A DNA stretch of 64,000 bases from the IMG/VR virus record IMGVR_UViG_2724679570_000003. One strand, 5' to 3'. This document shows, piece after piece, positions 52,421 to 64,000 of this stretch. This DNA comes from an uncultured virus (IMG/VR IMGVR_UViG_2724679570_000003) (taxonomy: Duplodnaviria > Heunggongvirae > Uroviricota > Caudoviricetes). Position 1 is the stretch's first letter; every line of letters begins with the position of its first letter. The notes beneath the pieces were generated by a model. That model was given only the letters and a program-made list of their open reading frames with translations, ran no database searches and was not told the origin of the DNA. The translations under genes were made by a program, and so were the position numbers.

Positions 52421-55400
52421 TTAACTTATTAATCTATTCCATTTATCAGATAATTCTTTTAAAACTTCTTTTAAAGGTTTATATGTGCTATCATTATTAC
52501 TTATATCAATATTAAAATTTTCTTTTAAAATTTGATTAGGATGACTTATATTATTTATTTTCATTTTATCTAATACTAATCTTTTACTTAGCTGTTTTTG
52601 ATATTTATTCAATATTAAAACCTCCTTAATTTTTCTCTTTTTTCTTAAGGTTTAGCTAATAACTCATTTATTCTTTTTGTTAATTTCTTTTTAATTCTAA
52701 ATTTTTTAGTTTTATCATAAATATTTATTAGATTTATAATTTGTGCTTTATATGTTAGTTCTTCTATAAAGCTTTTACATGCTTTAATACTTTCATTTGC
52801 TAATTCTATAGATATAGGTTTATTTAATAACTCTATTGTATTTTGAATGTTATTTGATTGATTTTCTTCTATGTTCTCAAAATACGTTTTATCTATGGAT
52901 GCATCACAAGGTTGTCCATCAATATACACAGTCAATTTGTCTAAAAATATATCTTCTCCCATTATATCAACTCCTTTGTTAATTCATTTTTTAATATGTT
53001 TAATTCTAATAAACCTCTAATCATTCTTATTTCATATCTGCTAGGAGATTTTATTTTATAAGAATTTCCCTCTCTACATCCGCAATTTTGGCATTTATAC
53101 TCTACATCTTTATATACTTCACCAAAAGGTTTTGCTTTTCTATATTTTGTTTTTATTATAATCTCTCCACCACAAAGTTCACAAATCTCCATTGAGTTTC
53201 CTCCTTTTTTATTTTTTAAATTATTGTTTATTATCTTCTTTAACTTTTAATTTAATCTTATATATTTCGCCATTCTTTTTCTTATATAAAGTTTTATAAC
53301 CTTTTACCTTATCACCTTTATTAAGTGCATTATATAATTTTATATTATCTATGGTTTCTTCATTTTCTCCATCTGTTACGATTATATTATTTTGCTCGGC
53401 ATGATATATACAAGAAGTAGATTTACCATTAGAAATAACTTGAGTATATGCGTTTCTATGCTCTTTATTTTCAATTTCTAAAACAACTGGTATTATATCT
53501 TTTGTTGCTTTTGAATCTTGGGTATAGTCATAAAAAGCACCTAAGGGCAATCCTAACGTTATTAATATAATTATTACACATATAAAACAAACAAAGACAT
53601 CTCCTTCTTTAATACCTTGAATTAAAGTATATATTGCATAAAAACCTATTAATACTAAAATGGATAGTATTATTGTATTGACTATATTCAATTAAAATCA
53701 CTCCTTATTATTAAATTATTGTGTATAAAATTAACTTTTTATGTTATCTATTAATAACATTTAATTCTAAAATATCTTCTAAAACACATACTTCTTGTCT
53801 AAGAGTTTTGTAGATAAGAATATTTTCCGTATCTCCTTTTTCCAAACTATCAGCTTGTTTTCTTAATATATTTATTAATCGTTTTTCTATTTGTTCTTGG
53901 GTTTTCAAACTATTACACCTCTCTTTTTATAAAGCTTTTTCCGTTACATTGTCTACATGGAAAAATAAAATTATGTTTGATATAAGGATTATTACTACTA
54001 TGTACAATTCTAATATTATACTTTAAACATTTATGATCTATTTGTTCTTCTTCAGTTAAATTAATAAATTGACATTCATTACAATTAATGTTATCTATAT
54101 TCGTCATTGTACATCTCCCTCATAGTTTTTCCTCCACCTTTTATAACAGGTAAGCCGTATTCATTTATAGATATAATATTTTGGTTTTCATTAATAACTT
54201 CTTCTTGTGATATTATACAAGCTACTTGCCAGTATGCTTGTAATAAATTATCACCGCAATCTTCAAACCATTTTACATTTTGAGTAGGTGAATTTTTATT
54301 TAAAACTAAGCCAATTGAATAACCACCAATTGTATCTAAATAATCATATATGATTTTTGAGTTTGTTTTATTCTCTATAAACCGTCTTAATCGTTCTTCT
54401 GTTAATAGCGGTATTACTAAATCTGTTTTATAATGTATTTTCCCCTCATAATCTTCAAAATGTTTTTTATTAATAGGCACACAACCTACTATATTTATAA
54501 TGCTATCTATGTCCCAATAATCTTCAATAAATAAATCTCCAAATTCAGGTTGCCACCAATTTAAGAATACTTCTTGTATTTCTTTAGGCTGTTTTAAAAA
54601 ATTCTCAGCACTTATATAATTCACACTATCCCACCTTTAATATTATTTATCATAATTAATTCTTTAGCATATTCAATATTATTATCAGTTAATGTTAAAT
54701 AAGAATTAAATACATTTTGACTTATCGATAATGATTGTAAAGTTTTTGTATAGTTTTTTTGATATTCACTCGCAGATTTTAGAGCTGCATTATAATCTTC
54801 ACCTTGCAAAAGCAAGGATTTTAAATACATTAAGTTTTCTTTATTAAATTGTTTTAATTTTAGTTGTTCCTTATTAGATATCATTTTTATTTCAGTAATT
54901 AAGTTGTCAATTTCAATAAGTTCTTTAACTTCTTTATTTGAATAATTAGATTTTAACTGTTTTGCTAGGAAATCCAAGTTTATTATAATCATCTCCTTTG
55001 AATATTTCTGATTTCATTATAGTAAAAGTTCCATTTTTATTACATCGCATATAACATACACAAGAACAATCATACTCATCTTGTTTGGCTAAATCTATAC
55101 CTAATATATATGTATCATCACTTTTGTCTAATATTTTAAATTCTTTTGTAAATTGTTTGCTATTACTTAAAAATTTATTTATTTCATCTTTGGTATTATC
55201 AGAAAATATCTTTTTAATCATATACACCCTCATCTAGTACATAATCTATTAATCCTGTTATTTCACATCTTTCAGATTTAATCCTATCAGGGTATTTACT
55301 CCAATTAATAGGTCTCAATGTTATTTGACATCCTATCTCTGAGTTAAAATCTAATTCAGTAATAGTATCAGATATTTCATTCATTATATTTTTAATCACT

Positions 55401-55480
55401 TGCTTTTCTATATGATTCTTATTATTGTTTACATCATAATCTATGACTGAACATAATTTCATCCTTTTAGTAGGCAACAT
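52421..55480 (-). other. run of small hypothetical phage ORFs (52421-52612, 52645-52962, 52962-53192, 53221-53691 membrane protein, 53913-54107, 54091-54624, 54621-54992, 54946-55233, 55214-55480)
   Basis: Tightly packed or overlapping minus-strand ORFs with RBSs. Confidence 0.7.
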
Positions 55481-55534
55481 TATTATAGTTCTCCTTTTTT
55501 TAATTATTTTATATAAAATCTAAAGTTTATATCG

Positions 55535-55846
55535 TTATTTATTTATATTTACATCATTTGAATTATCTTTTATTTTGCCAAACTCTCTATAATACTCATG
55601 ATAATTGCATTTTGGATAATTTGAACAACCTCGGAATTTACCGTACTTACCTTTTCTGGTTATCATTTTACTACCACATTCAGAACAATATTTGTTCATA
55701 TCTCCATAATCATCATATTCCTTTTCCAAATCATTCATGTTTTTTAACAAAGCTTCATATGTCCATCTAAGTATATTTTCAGATTCACCCTCATACCTAA
55801 ATTCTATTATTTCTTTTAATTCCTCCCACATTTTCTTATAATACAT
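55535..55846 (-). CDS. protein with topoisomerase-type C4 zinc ribbon
   Basis: CSECGSKMITRKGKYGKFRGCSNYPKC. Confidence 0.8.
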   Translation of the reverse strand: MYYKKMWEELKEIIEFRYEGESENILRWTYEALLKNMNDLEKEYDDYGDMNKYCSECGSKMITRKGKYGKFRGCSNYPKCNYHEYYREFGKIKDNSNDVNINK

Positions 55847-55861
55847 CTTTACCCTCCTAGA

Positions 55862-56242
55862 CTATCTATAATCAGTTTCTTCTAGTTCTTCCGCATCATA
55901 TAAACCTTGTATATAATTCTTACAATTAACTGCTTCACTTTCTTCATCGAGAATAGCCATTAAAGCACATTTATACATACAACAAAATCCATCATAGAAT
56001 TTACAATTATAACAATCTTTTTTTATATTAGGTAGCTTATTATAAATTTGATTAATACAATTTCTATAATTTTTAAGTTGAACCTTATATTTTTCACTTT
56101 TCACCACAATATTTTCAGGTACATAAGTTATTTTTACTCCATATGATTGATGCTCCAAAGTATCTTCTTTTACTTTATCAGGCTTATAAGTTTCTATTTT
56201 TAAATCTTTTTTACTTAATCCAGTTGGCAAATATCCTTTCAT
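55862..56242 (-). CDS. release-factor (RF-1 domain)-like protein lacking GGQ, plus Cys-rich tail
   Basis: DLKIETYK...GVKITYVPENIVVKSEKYKVQLKN. Confidence 0.55.
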   Translation of the reverse strand: MKGYLPTGLSKKDLKIETYKPDKVKEDTLEHQSYGVKITYVPENIVVKSEKYKVQLKNYRNCINQIYNKLPNIKKDCYNCKFYDGFCCMYKCALMAILDEESEAVNCKNYIQGLYDAEELEETDYR

Positions 56243-56427
56243 TGTTTTTTATCCCTCCTCTATATTAATCTAATTTTTCTTAATATTTTACCTAAGAATG
56301 TTAGGTTCTCTTTAAAGGCTATTTTACAATACCAACATTCCCATTCTTTATTTCCATCTACATATTCAGTTTCTATCATATTTTGTTTGCATAGTGGACA
56401 TTTTTTTAGCATAGTTATATTTTCTCC

Positions 56428-56714
56428 TTATAATATTTTTGTATTGTGTAGTAAAATTATTATATTGTCGGATTTGTTATAGCCATCCAAAACTTGGGTT
56501 GTCTATAACTATATTTAAAAACATCTTCATTTACATCAAAATAATAAAACCCCTCTTTTTCAAAAATAATATCACCATCAGCATATTTAAAATAATTTTG
56601 AAGACTATAAGTTTCATTTTTTATGTCTAAACACACTAAATATTCCTTTTCATGTATCAATTTATTTTTAATATTGTCCCATTTCATTATTCTCACTCCT
56701 TCGTAATAAATTCA
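56428..56714. repeat. 287-bp duplicated gene cassette, copy 2 (CDS 56460-56687)
   Basis: Near-identical to 43817-44103. Confidence 0.9.
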
Positions 56715-56743
56715 AATTGTAATTCATTTGATCAACCATACAT

Positions 56744-59700
56744 TTAGTTTAATTTAACTACACAATCAACATATCTACCTAAATCTCTATTTACTAATGA
56801 TTCAATGTCTACAAAAGTTTCTTGTAGATAATTAATATCTGGTTTTCCTACTAATTGTTTATTATCTATTCTTACTATCTCTAAAAAGAACATTTTTCCT
56901 TTTATGTATTTAAAAATAATTTTATCCCCTTTATTTAGTTTTAAAAAATCTTCTTTAGTTTTTAATTCTTCAATATTTATCATTTATTTCTCCTCTCTTA
57001 GAATAGTTAAATCATTAGAATATATTAGATATCTCTTTCTCTTTAATTTCATCATAATTTTTAAATTGCTTGATTGAATCTATTAAAAGTTCCTTACTAT
57101 AAAATTCTTGAAGAATTAGAAGTAACATATCTAAACTTATATGTCTCATTATACCCTTACCAAAATCTATAGTTAGTATTTTATTTCGTTCATATTCTTT
57201 TCCTTGTGGAGTTGATTCTGTTAATGCAAATGGTGTACTGCTATAAAGATTATTAATAATAAATTGGTCTTTAGATGCTCTTTTTATCAAATCTTCTATT
57301 TTCATAAGCTTCCTCCTTTTTAAAATTAAATTATCAATTTTCAATCACTTCTTTTACTTGAAAAACATAAATCATATCTATGTTTTTTTCATCTGCAAGA
57401 TATTCATGTTGAGGATTTTGGACACCTATATAACTCCCCCATTTATGCCAACGCCAACCATATTCATCTTGACTACTTTTAAATATTGGTGTCATTACAG
57501 CTATATATTTCTTTTTTTTATATTTTTCGTATTCTTGTATTTCTTTATTGCAATAATCTAATACCTGTGAAGCATTATCACATACTCCATAATCAAATTC
57601 ATTGTACTCATTTACAAATTTATAATCTGTCAAATCTTGCAAACTATGTTTCCAATTTAAATTAGATATATAGATATTGTTTATATCTTTCATAGTATCT
57701 TTTATTGTTTTAATAGTCTTTTCTTGACCTAATTCTTTTAGCCATAATTCATAAGGGCTAAATCGGTCATTTATGTTTTTTAATTTTACTTTTTCCCAAT
57801 TTATATTAGGTTCAGAATTTTTTAATTCCTCACATAAATCATTGTGTTTCTTTATTTTCTCTTCGTTATTTATTAATTTAACTAATTTAATCATTTTACC
57901 CTCCAATAAATTTATTATATCTTTGAATTGTTAACTAGAAATTCTTTAATATAACCTTAATCGTCAAATCCTCCATCATGTGTACCTATATAGAAATGTT
58001 CTTCATAACATTTACTACAAGCTATATGTTTAAGATGACAATTATTACTACATTCCTTACTCTTGTCACATTGTATACAACATTTGTTACACCCAGAGGT
58101 CAACAAATTACCCTCGTTTAATTTCCACATAAAATCCCCTTCCTTCAATTACGATAAATCATTTATTTTATTAAATTATTCTTTTTCATTTTAGAAACAT
58201 ATAATGCAGGATAAATATAAGATAAAGTATGTGCTGGTGTAAACTCTTGAATACTCCAATTTTTATACATGTTTTCAAGAATTTTATTAACTTCCTCATC
58301 TACTTCTTTAATAATATCTTCCTTACTTATCATTTTTTGCACCTCCAATACAATAGTTCAGTATTGTAATTACTTTCATCTGGGGTGTCCTTCTTAATAT
58401 AATAATTATTATATTTTATATTGATTTGATATTTATCCTTCAAATATTTGATTATAATATTAAACTTTCTATTTTTTTGTAGCTTATCTTCATTTAATTT
58501 TACTAAAAATTCGTCTAATATAAAATGCGTTCTATTAATACCTGTTATAATTTTTTGTTCATTATTTATGTTGTATTCTAAAACCGTTTCAAATATTTTA
58601 TATATTAATTTATCCATTTTTTGAAATAATTCAATTAATAAATTTTGTATTAATTCATAACAATAATCTATTTCTTCTTGTCTATCTTTTGGAGTATCTT
58701 CATGGCGAAAAGTTGGCATATGTTTATTTAAATAATCTTTAGTTAAAGATTGAAATAATTTTATTATTGCTTCATAAGTATCAAAATCTGAGAATTTAGG
58801 AAGTATTAATTCTTTTATATAGCCTCTAAAAGCCATGTGACAATTATATTTTACAATGTTGTCGTCTCCTCCTAAATAATAATATATATTTTGAAAATAT
58901 AGATACACTCTACAACCTAATGTATCAACTTCCCATTTCTTTTCATTATTTGTATTGATATATGTTTCACCCCAATTTACATCTTTAATAAGGTTTGGCA
59001 AATCAAAAGAATTATCAACTATCATTTTTGATATTAAATATATTCTTTCAATCCAATCATCAGTTAAAATTATTTCATTATTTTTATTTATTATTAAAAA
59101 TTCATTTTCCAAATCATCTTGTTTATTTTTTCTTTCTCTTTCTTTTATTGCTTTTATACGCTTTTCTTCTGCAATCTGTTTTTGCCTTTCGATTTCTTGT
59201 TGTTTTCTTAATTCTTCTGCTTTTTTACGTTCTTCTTCTTTTTGTTTTTCTTTTGCTTCTCTTAACATTGATCTCAACATATCTGTATCTGAATGCCCAC
59301 AAAAACTTGATAAAGCTGTTTCATATTGTAAAATTTCTTTTTCTGTTCTACAATTTTTATATTTGCCACCCAAATAAGGATTCTCCATTGTTGTAAAAGA
59401 ATCAGAAAGTAAATGGTCATAATACAAAAAAGTATTTGGATTAGTGCAATCATATACTGTAACATTAAAAAAATCATCTTGAATTTTCTTAATCATTTTA
59501 CTATTATATTCATCTCTTGCAATGCTTGACTCTAAAGCCTTTTCTATTTCTTCTATTGTCATCTTTTACTCACTCCTATCGTTAAATTATTTTACGTTAT
59601 AAAAGAATGGTTTTATTAACTTATTTATGTAATTAATCTTCCTTGATATACCATTCTCCTTCAGCTATTAAATAAGGGGTTATACTATCTTCTTCAGCGA

Positions 59701-60603
59701 TACACCATGCATCTCTCACAAAAGAAGGTATATATTCTTTTGTTTCTTCTTTTTTATTTAAAGAATTTATATACTTAACTTTTATAGTTTTACCTTGTTC
59801 AAAAGCTTTCATGGCTTCTATACACTCTACTTTCTTATCTTTTTTAACTAATTTGAATTTACTTTTAAGCCATTCTGAAGTTATATAACATTTGTCCCAT
59901 ATTTTTTCGTAATCATCATCCTTTACCATTAAAAATCCATTTTCAAACTTAATTACAAGCCTATCTTCTTCCAAATAAACTTCAAATTCAGTACGTTCTG
60001 GAAATTCTATTGCTTCATGTATAGAATATTCTCTATCATAATCTATTTTATTTTCAATTGTATTATTATTTACGAAAAAAGCTTTCAAATAAAATTCTTT
60101 CTTACCATAATTAATGTCCCAATCTACTATTTTATACCCTAATTTTTCATAATGCTCTTTTGTTTTTTGCCATTCTCCATCATTGTCGAAAATCATTTCT
60201 ACACATTGTTCTCTTAACATATTATCTTCTCTCCTTAAATTTAATATTTTTTATTTATTAACCTTATGTATTAGAGTGTTATTATCCAAGTTTTTGACTT
60301 AACTTAAAAGCACATACAAAACATAATATTGTAAAACAACATATAAATAAATTAATAATTAAATCTATCATTTGTTCACCACTTTCTTCATATTGTTTTA
60401 TTAAATTGTTTATAGATAAGTTTAAATATATCACATCCTAAACACATTATTAAACATAATGTTGCAACTGAATTTATTATAGGACATAAAGCAACTATAA
60501 CATCTTTTATTGATATTTTATGGTTTATATCGTGTTTCATATATAAACCACACAATAAACTTCCTATTAAAGAAATTATGTAAATTGATATTAAAGTATT
60601 CAT
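56744..60603 (-). other. run of hypothetical ORFs (56744-56983, 57015-57305, 57334-57906, 57957-58130, 58163-58333, 58330-59562, 59633-60220, 60388-60603)
   Basis: Co-oriented ORFs with RBSs. Confidence 0.7.
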
Positions 60604-60628
60604 ATTTTCTCTCTCCTTTCATGATTCT

Positions 60629-60657
60629 ATATTACCAAATTATTTTATATTAGTCAA
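60629..60657 (-). promoter_or_regulatory. promoter with TAAAATAATTT box
   Basis: TTGACT-17-TAATAT. Confidence 0.65.
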
Positions 60658-60745
60658 GCTTTAAATAATGTTTTTAAAAATTATTGCATATAAGAATAGC
60701 TCCCTGAAAATCAAGAAGCTATTAATTGATGTCTATTTATTTAAT

Positions 60746-61048
60746 TTAAAACATGACAAAATAAAATATAAAATAAGCTATAATACCTACGCCATAACAA
60801 ATTGCTAACAGTCCCCAAATAACCCTAATAAAAGCTGGATCAATATTAAAGTATTCAGCAATTCCACTGCAAACCCCAAGTATCTTCTTATCTTCTGATA
60901 ATTTTAATTTTTTAGGCGGTTTGTTTTCCTTTGTTTGTTGAGTAATAGTTGAATTATTATCTATAGCTTTGATAATGTTTATATCTTTCACGAAAGGTAT
61001 AGATAATAAAATAAAAACTAATAATATTGATAACATTTTATATCTCAT
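60746..61048 (-). CDS. PspC-domain membrane protein
   Basis: KKILGVCSGIAEYFNIDP..R. Confidence 0.85.
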   Translation of the reverse strand: MRYKMLSILLVFILLSIPFVKDINIIKAIDNNSTITQQTKENKPPKKLKLSEDKKILGVCSGIAEYFNIDPAFIRVIWGLLAICYGVGIIAYFIFYFVMF

Positions 61049-61067
61049 TTAATTTTCCTCCTGCTAT

Positions 61068-61664
61068 TTATTTAATTATTCCTAGTTTCCAATTCTTCCT
61101 TGTTATTGGTTTATATTGAGTATCACCTACTTCTATTTCATCTCCATTTTTAATTATTCTATTATTAAAAATTTTTGCATTTACATTTGGTATATTCCCT
61201 TCACTATCTCTAGTAACCATAAATCTAATACAATCATGGTCAACCAATTCTATTAATCTTTTACTTCCTTTAAATAGATATCCTTTAAAATTAGTTAATA
61301 AAGAATAACAGTAGCAATCTATATTTAAAATATCTACTATATCTGATATTTGGTTTATTTGTTCTTCTGAAAGAAAATTACATTCATCTATAATAATTGC
61401 TTTAATATTTCCTTCAGTATCTATGTATTCCATTACTTTTGTAAAAATATTTTCATCAGTATCAATCCATTGTGCAGGAATTTTATTTCCATTCCTTGAA
61501 GATATGTAACATTCCTCTATGCCTTCTCTAGTGTCTATTCTGCTTTTTAAGGCTAATACATTCATTTTATTTAGTTTATATGAATTATATTCTCTAATTA
61601 AGTCTTCTGATTTTCCAACGCCCATACAAGCAAATATTACGTGCAGTTTAGCTATATTAATCAC
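61068..61664 (-). CDS. tdk: thymidine kinase
   Basis: MGVGKS, IDTR, ISSRNG, IIIDECNFL, LFKGSKRLIEL, IEVGD.QY. Confidence 0.85.
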   Translation of the reverse strand: MINIAKLHVIFACMGVGKSEDLIREYNSYKLNKMNVLALKSRIDTREGIEECYISSRNGNKIPAQWIDTDENIFTKVMEYIDTEGNIKAIIIDECNFLSEEQINQISDIVDILNIDCYCYSLLTNFKGYLFKGSKRLIELVDHDCIRFMVTRDSEGNIPNVNAKIFNNRIIKNGDEIEVGDTQYKPITRKNWKLGIIK

Positions 61665-62308
61665 TCTCCTTTATGTAATTTATTTTCATAATGAAATTTT
61701 AAATTGTGTAAATCTATACTTTTTTCTGCATTGTTATTTATTAAATTGTTTTGTATTTGATGAATTAGAGTGTAAAATTCTTTATGGTTACTTACTCTTA
61801 ACCCTTTCCATTTGTCATTCCAATGCTGAGAAAAAGCTACAGATATCCCGTCTTTTCTTTTCCATTCTATTAAGTTGTTTATATTGTCATCAAGCAACAC
61901 TCGATTATCTCTAGCTAATAATGATTTATCTCCAGTAAACACTAAATCTTTTTCAACATTTATAAAAGGTAAATATTCTTTTATCCATTTAACTTTTTCA
62001 CTAACACAATAATCTGAATTGTATTGAGGTAAAGTTATTATTTTAATTTTAAAGCCTTTTTCATGTAATATTGTAGCAATATTTATTGAATTATTGACAG
62101 GGCTGCTTTTATAAAAAGCACCCTTTTCTAATAATAAATTTTTAAAATACTCTTTACTGGCTTTATTACAATCACTCCACCAATATGATTTATTGTCATT
62201 AGGTTTCATATCATCATTAAAATCCTTATTATATTTATTTATAATATATGAACTTAGATCATATAATACTTCATCCATATCATAATATATTTCTAATTGC
62301 TTAGTCAT
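61661..62308 (-). CDS. 5'(3')-deoxyribonucleotidase (HAD, NT5C-like)
   Basis: DMDEVL, EKVKWI, GDK, LLDD, WN. Confidence 0.85.
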   Translation of the reverse strand: MTKQLEIYYDMDEVLYDLSSYIINKYNKDFNDDMKPNDNKSYWWSDCNKASKEYFKNLLLEKGAFYKSSPVNNSINIATILHEKGFKIKIITLPQYNSDYCVSEKVKWIKEYLPFINVEKDLVFTGDKSLLARDNRVLLDDNINNLIEWKRKDGISVAFSQHWNDKWKGLRVSNHKEFYTLIHQIQNNLINNNAEKSIDLHNLKFHYENKLHKGE

Positions 62309-62900
62309 CTGATACCTCACTTTCTATACTATCTTCAAAAATTTTCCATAGTTTTGTAAAACAATCTCCTAGTTTTTCATAGCAGCCTAAACTATTTTCA
62401 ATTTCTCCTTGGCAGTATTGATTTAAATAACCTACTTGATTTTTAAATGAAGGTTGATTAATATTAGGTTTAGTTTTAAATCTTATGTCATCAGCCCACC
62501 CTACAATACCTTTATATTTATTAGGTTCATATTCTATCATAGTTTTAAATCTACTTATTTCTCCACCTACTCCTTCATCTAATGGCAATTTAAGATGTGC
62601 TAATACAAAATTACAAGTTCGTAGTTGTGAATTATCTCCTTCTGCTATCATTCCTCCTGTTATAGTAAAGTCTTCTGTATCTTTCTTATTAAAATCTGCA
62701 TGTTGTGGTAAGTAATAATCTAAATTAACTTGTTCACATATATCAGCTATTAGTTCTAATCCTATTTGATCTAATTCACTAAATAATCCTTCAGATGCAA
62801 TATAAACCTTTGCTTTATGTTTAAAATCATAGTTATCTATAACTTCTTGTAGTTTGTGTTCCTGAACAAATTCTTTTACTCTTTTTTTAAAGTTTTTCAT
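62301..62900 (-). CDS. nucleoside 2-deoxyribosyltransferase-like protein
   Basis: VYIASEGLF, YLPQ, D..GVGGEI, DIR, LNQY..G. Confidence 0.75.
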   Translation of the reverse strand: MKNFKKRVKEFVQEHKLQEVIDNYDFKHKAKVYIASEGLFSELDQIGLELIADICEQVNLDYYLPQHADFNKKDTEDFTITGGMIAEGDNSQLRTCNFVLAHLKLPLDEGVGGEISRFKTMIEYEPNKYKGIVGWADDIRFKTKPNINQPSFKNQVGYLNQYCQGEIENSLGCYEKLGDCFTKLWKIFEDSIESEVSDD

Positions 62901-62914
62901 AAATTAAATCCTCT

Positions 62915-63142
62915 CTATTCTAAATTTAATTGCTTTTTAATTTCTACTACATGAAATGGTGTGTCTTTAGGTATTAAACTCTCTATTAAAATACTTTCTT
63001 GCTTATTATTTGAAAATGCTTTAATAGTCAATATTTTATCCACATCAAAATTATATCCTTTTGTAGTAAAAACTTCTAGGTTATTATTTCTTAGTATATC
63101 TGCAATTTCTTGACTTTGTTTTGTTGATTGAGGTAATATCTC
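62915..63142 (-). CDS. 3' exon/fragment (75 aa, no start codon) of gene interrupted by the tnpB element
   Basis: Open frame EILPQSTKQSQEIADILRNN...KQLNLE begins exactly after element end TTCAG. Confidence 0.65.
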   Translation of the reverse strand, partial: EILPQSTKQSQEIADILRNNNLEVFTTKGYNFDVDKILTIKAFSNNKQESILIESLIPKDTPFHVVEIKKQLNLE

Positions 63143-64000
63143 CTGAACCTCACACGACTAAAGTCGCGTGGTTCTTATTTCCTTAGACTTCCAATATACT
63201 CTCATTTATAGGATTTACATTATTTCGATAACCTATATCTTACAACATATAATGACTCATCTAATTATAATAAGACTTTTACTACCAAAGACATCATTAT
63301 GTCCATTAACGATAATATAACGGCTCGGTTCAAAACCATATTTATTAACATTTAATTATATTCCCATACTGCTTATTAATTTAATACCGTTTTTCTTTAA
63401 TTCTTTTAATCTATTTATTTCTTTGTCATGTAATTTTTTAAAATTATTATAAGTTTCAATACATTTTTCTCTATCTATTTTATCTAATTTCTTACCTGTA
63501 ACATTCATAATTAAAAATGCACTATACATATCTCTTTGTATCTTTATATCACTATTCCATCTATCTTTTAATTCTTTTTTATTATACTCATCTGTGAAAT
63601 GATTATATTGACTTGCTTTGCACTTCTTAGTATCTATCTTTAGTATTCCTAATTTCTCATATTTAAGTTTTCTACTAATCATTTCAATTAACATTGCTGG
63701 TGCTTTGTTTGCTAAACTCTTGCCAAATCTTTTCTTTTTGTTATACTTACCATTTTTATTAATAGTGGTTTTCTTACTTCTTCTTTGCAAACCTTTATAA
63801 TTCATAGCTTCAACTAAAATTCTATTACCTAAGGATATTATATAATTAGCCAATTTTTCATGACTTTGTTTTCTGATACTAGCTTGTTTCCTTTGTATAT
63901 CTCTTAATTCATTTTGTATTTTAATGTATTTATTAGATTTATACCATTTTAATTTGATTCCTCTTTTTATAGTACCATCTTCATTATAATTATTAAGATT
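63143..64000 (-). mobile_element. IS605-type tnpB element, probable IStron (runs off right edge)
   Basis: Right end ccacgcgactttagtcgtgtgaggTTCAG. Confidence 0.7.
63356..64000 (-). CDS. tnpB: TnpB-family protein, C-terminal part
   Basis: ILVEAMN RuvC-II, KAPAML, KASQYNH, IQRDMYSA RuvC-III; frame open to window edge. Confidence 0.75.
   Translation of the reverse strand, partial: NLNNYNEDGTIKRGIKLKWYKSNKYIKIQNELRDIQRKQASIRKQSHEKLANYIISLGNRILVEAMNYKGLQRRSKKTTINKNGKYNKKKRFGKSLANKAPAMLIEMISRKLKYEKLGILKIDTKKCKASQYNHFTDEYNKKELKDRWNSDIKIQRDMYSAFLIMNVTGKKLDKIDREKCIETYNNFKKLHDKEINRLKELKKNGIKLISSMGI

Noticed and set aside
42522..63800. Short plus-strand ORFs inside the minus-strand arm (e.g. 43768, 46375, 58955, 61519)
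   Set aside because: Antisense shadows of well-supported genes

Overview
AT-rich segment of a large SPbeta/c-st-like siphophage or prophage from a low-GC Clostridium (host inferred from gene content). Left arm (+ strand, 1-37924): 3' end of an IS605 tnpB, then a dense array of about 13 very short ORFs that resemble orphan antitoxin peptides and end in an antitoxin-GNAT pair. This is followed by a tail module whose tape-measure gene is split by two group I introns (one with a homing endonuclease) and whose distal-tail gene is split by an IS607-type IStron (group I ribozyme + RHH + TnpB), then lysis genes, a LamG adhesin cassette and a tyrosine recombinase. Right arm (- strand, 38170-64000): early/replication genes (tnpB, RusA-like, ThyX-like, guanylate kinase, gyrB/gyrA, DHH phosphoesterase, thymidine kinase, 5'-deoxynucleotidase, deoxyribosyltransferase), many small ORFs separated by a recurrent ATAAAA-N6-TTTTAT palindrome plus a directional TAAAATAATTT box, and a probable second IStron at the right edge. 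Protein calls come from motif recognition by eye; no database searches were run.
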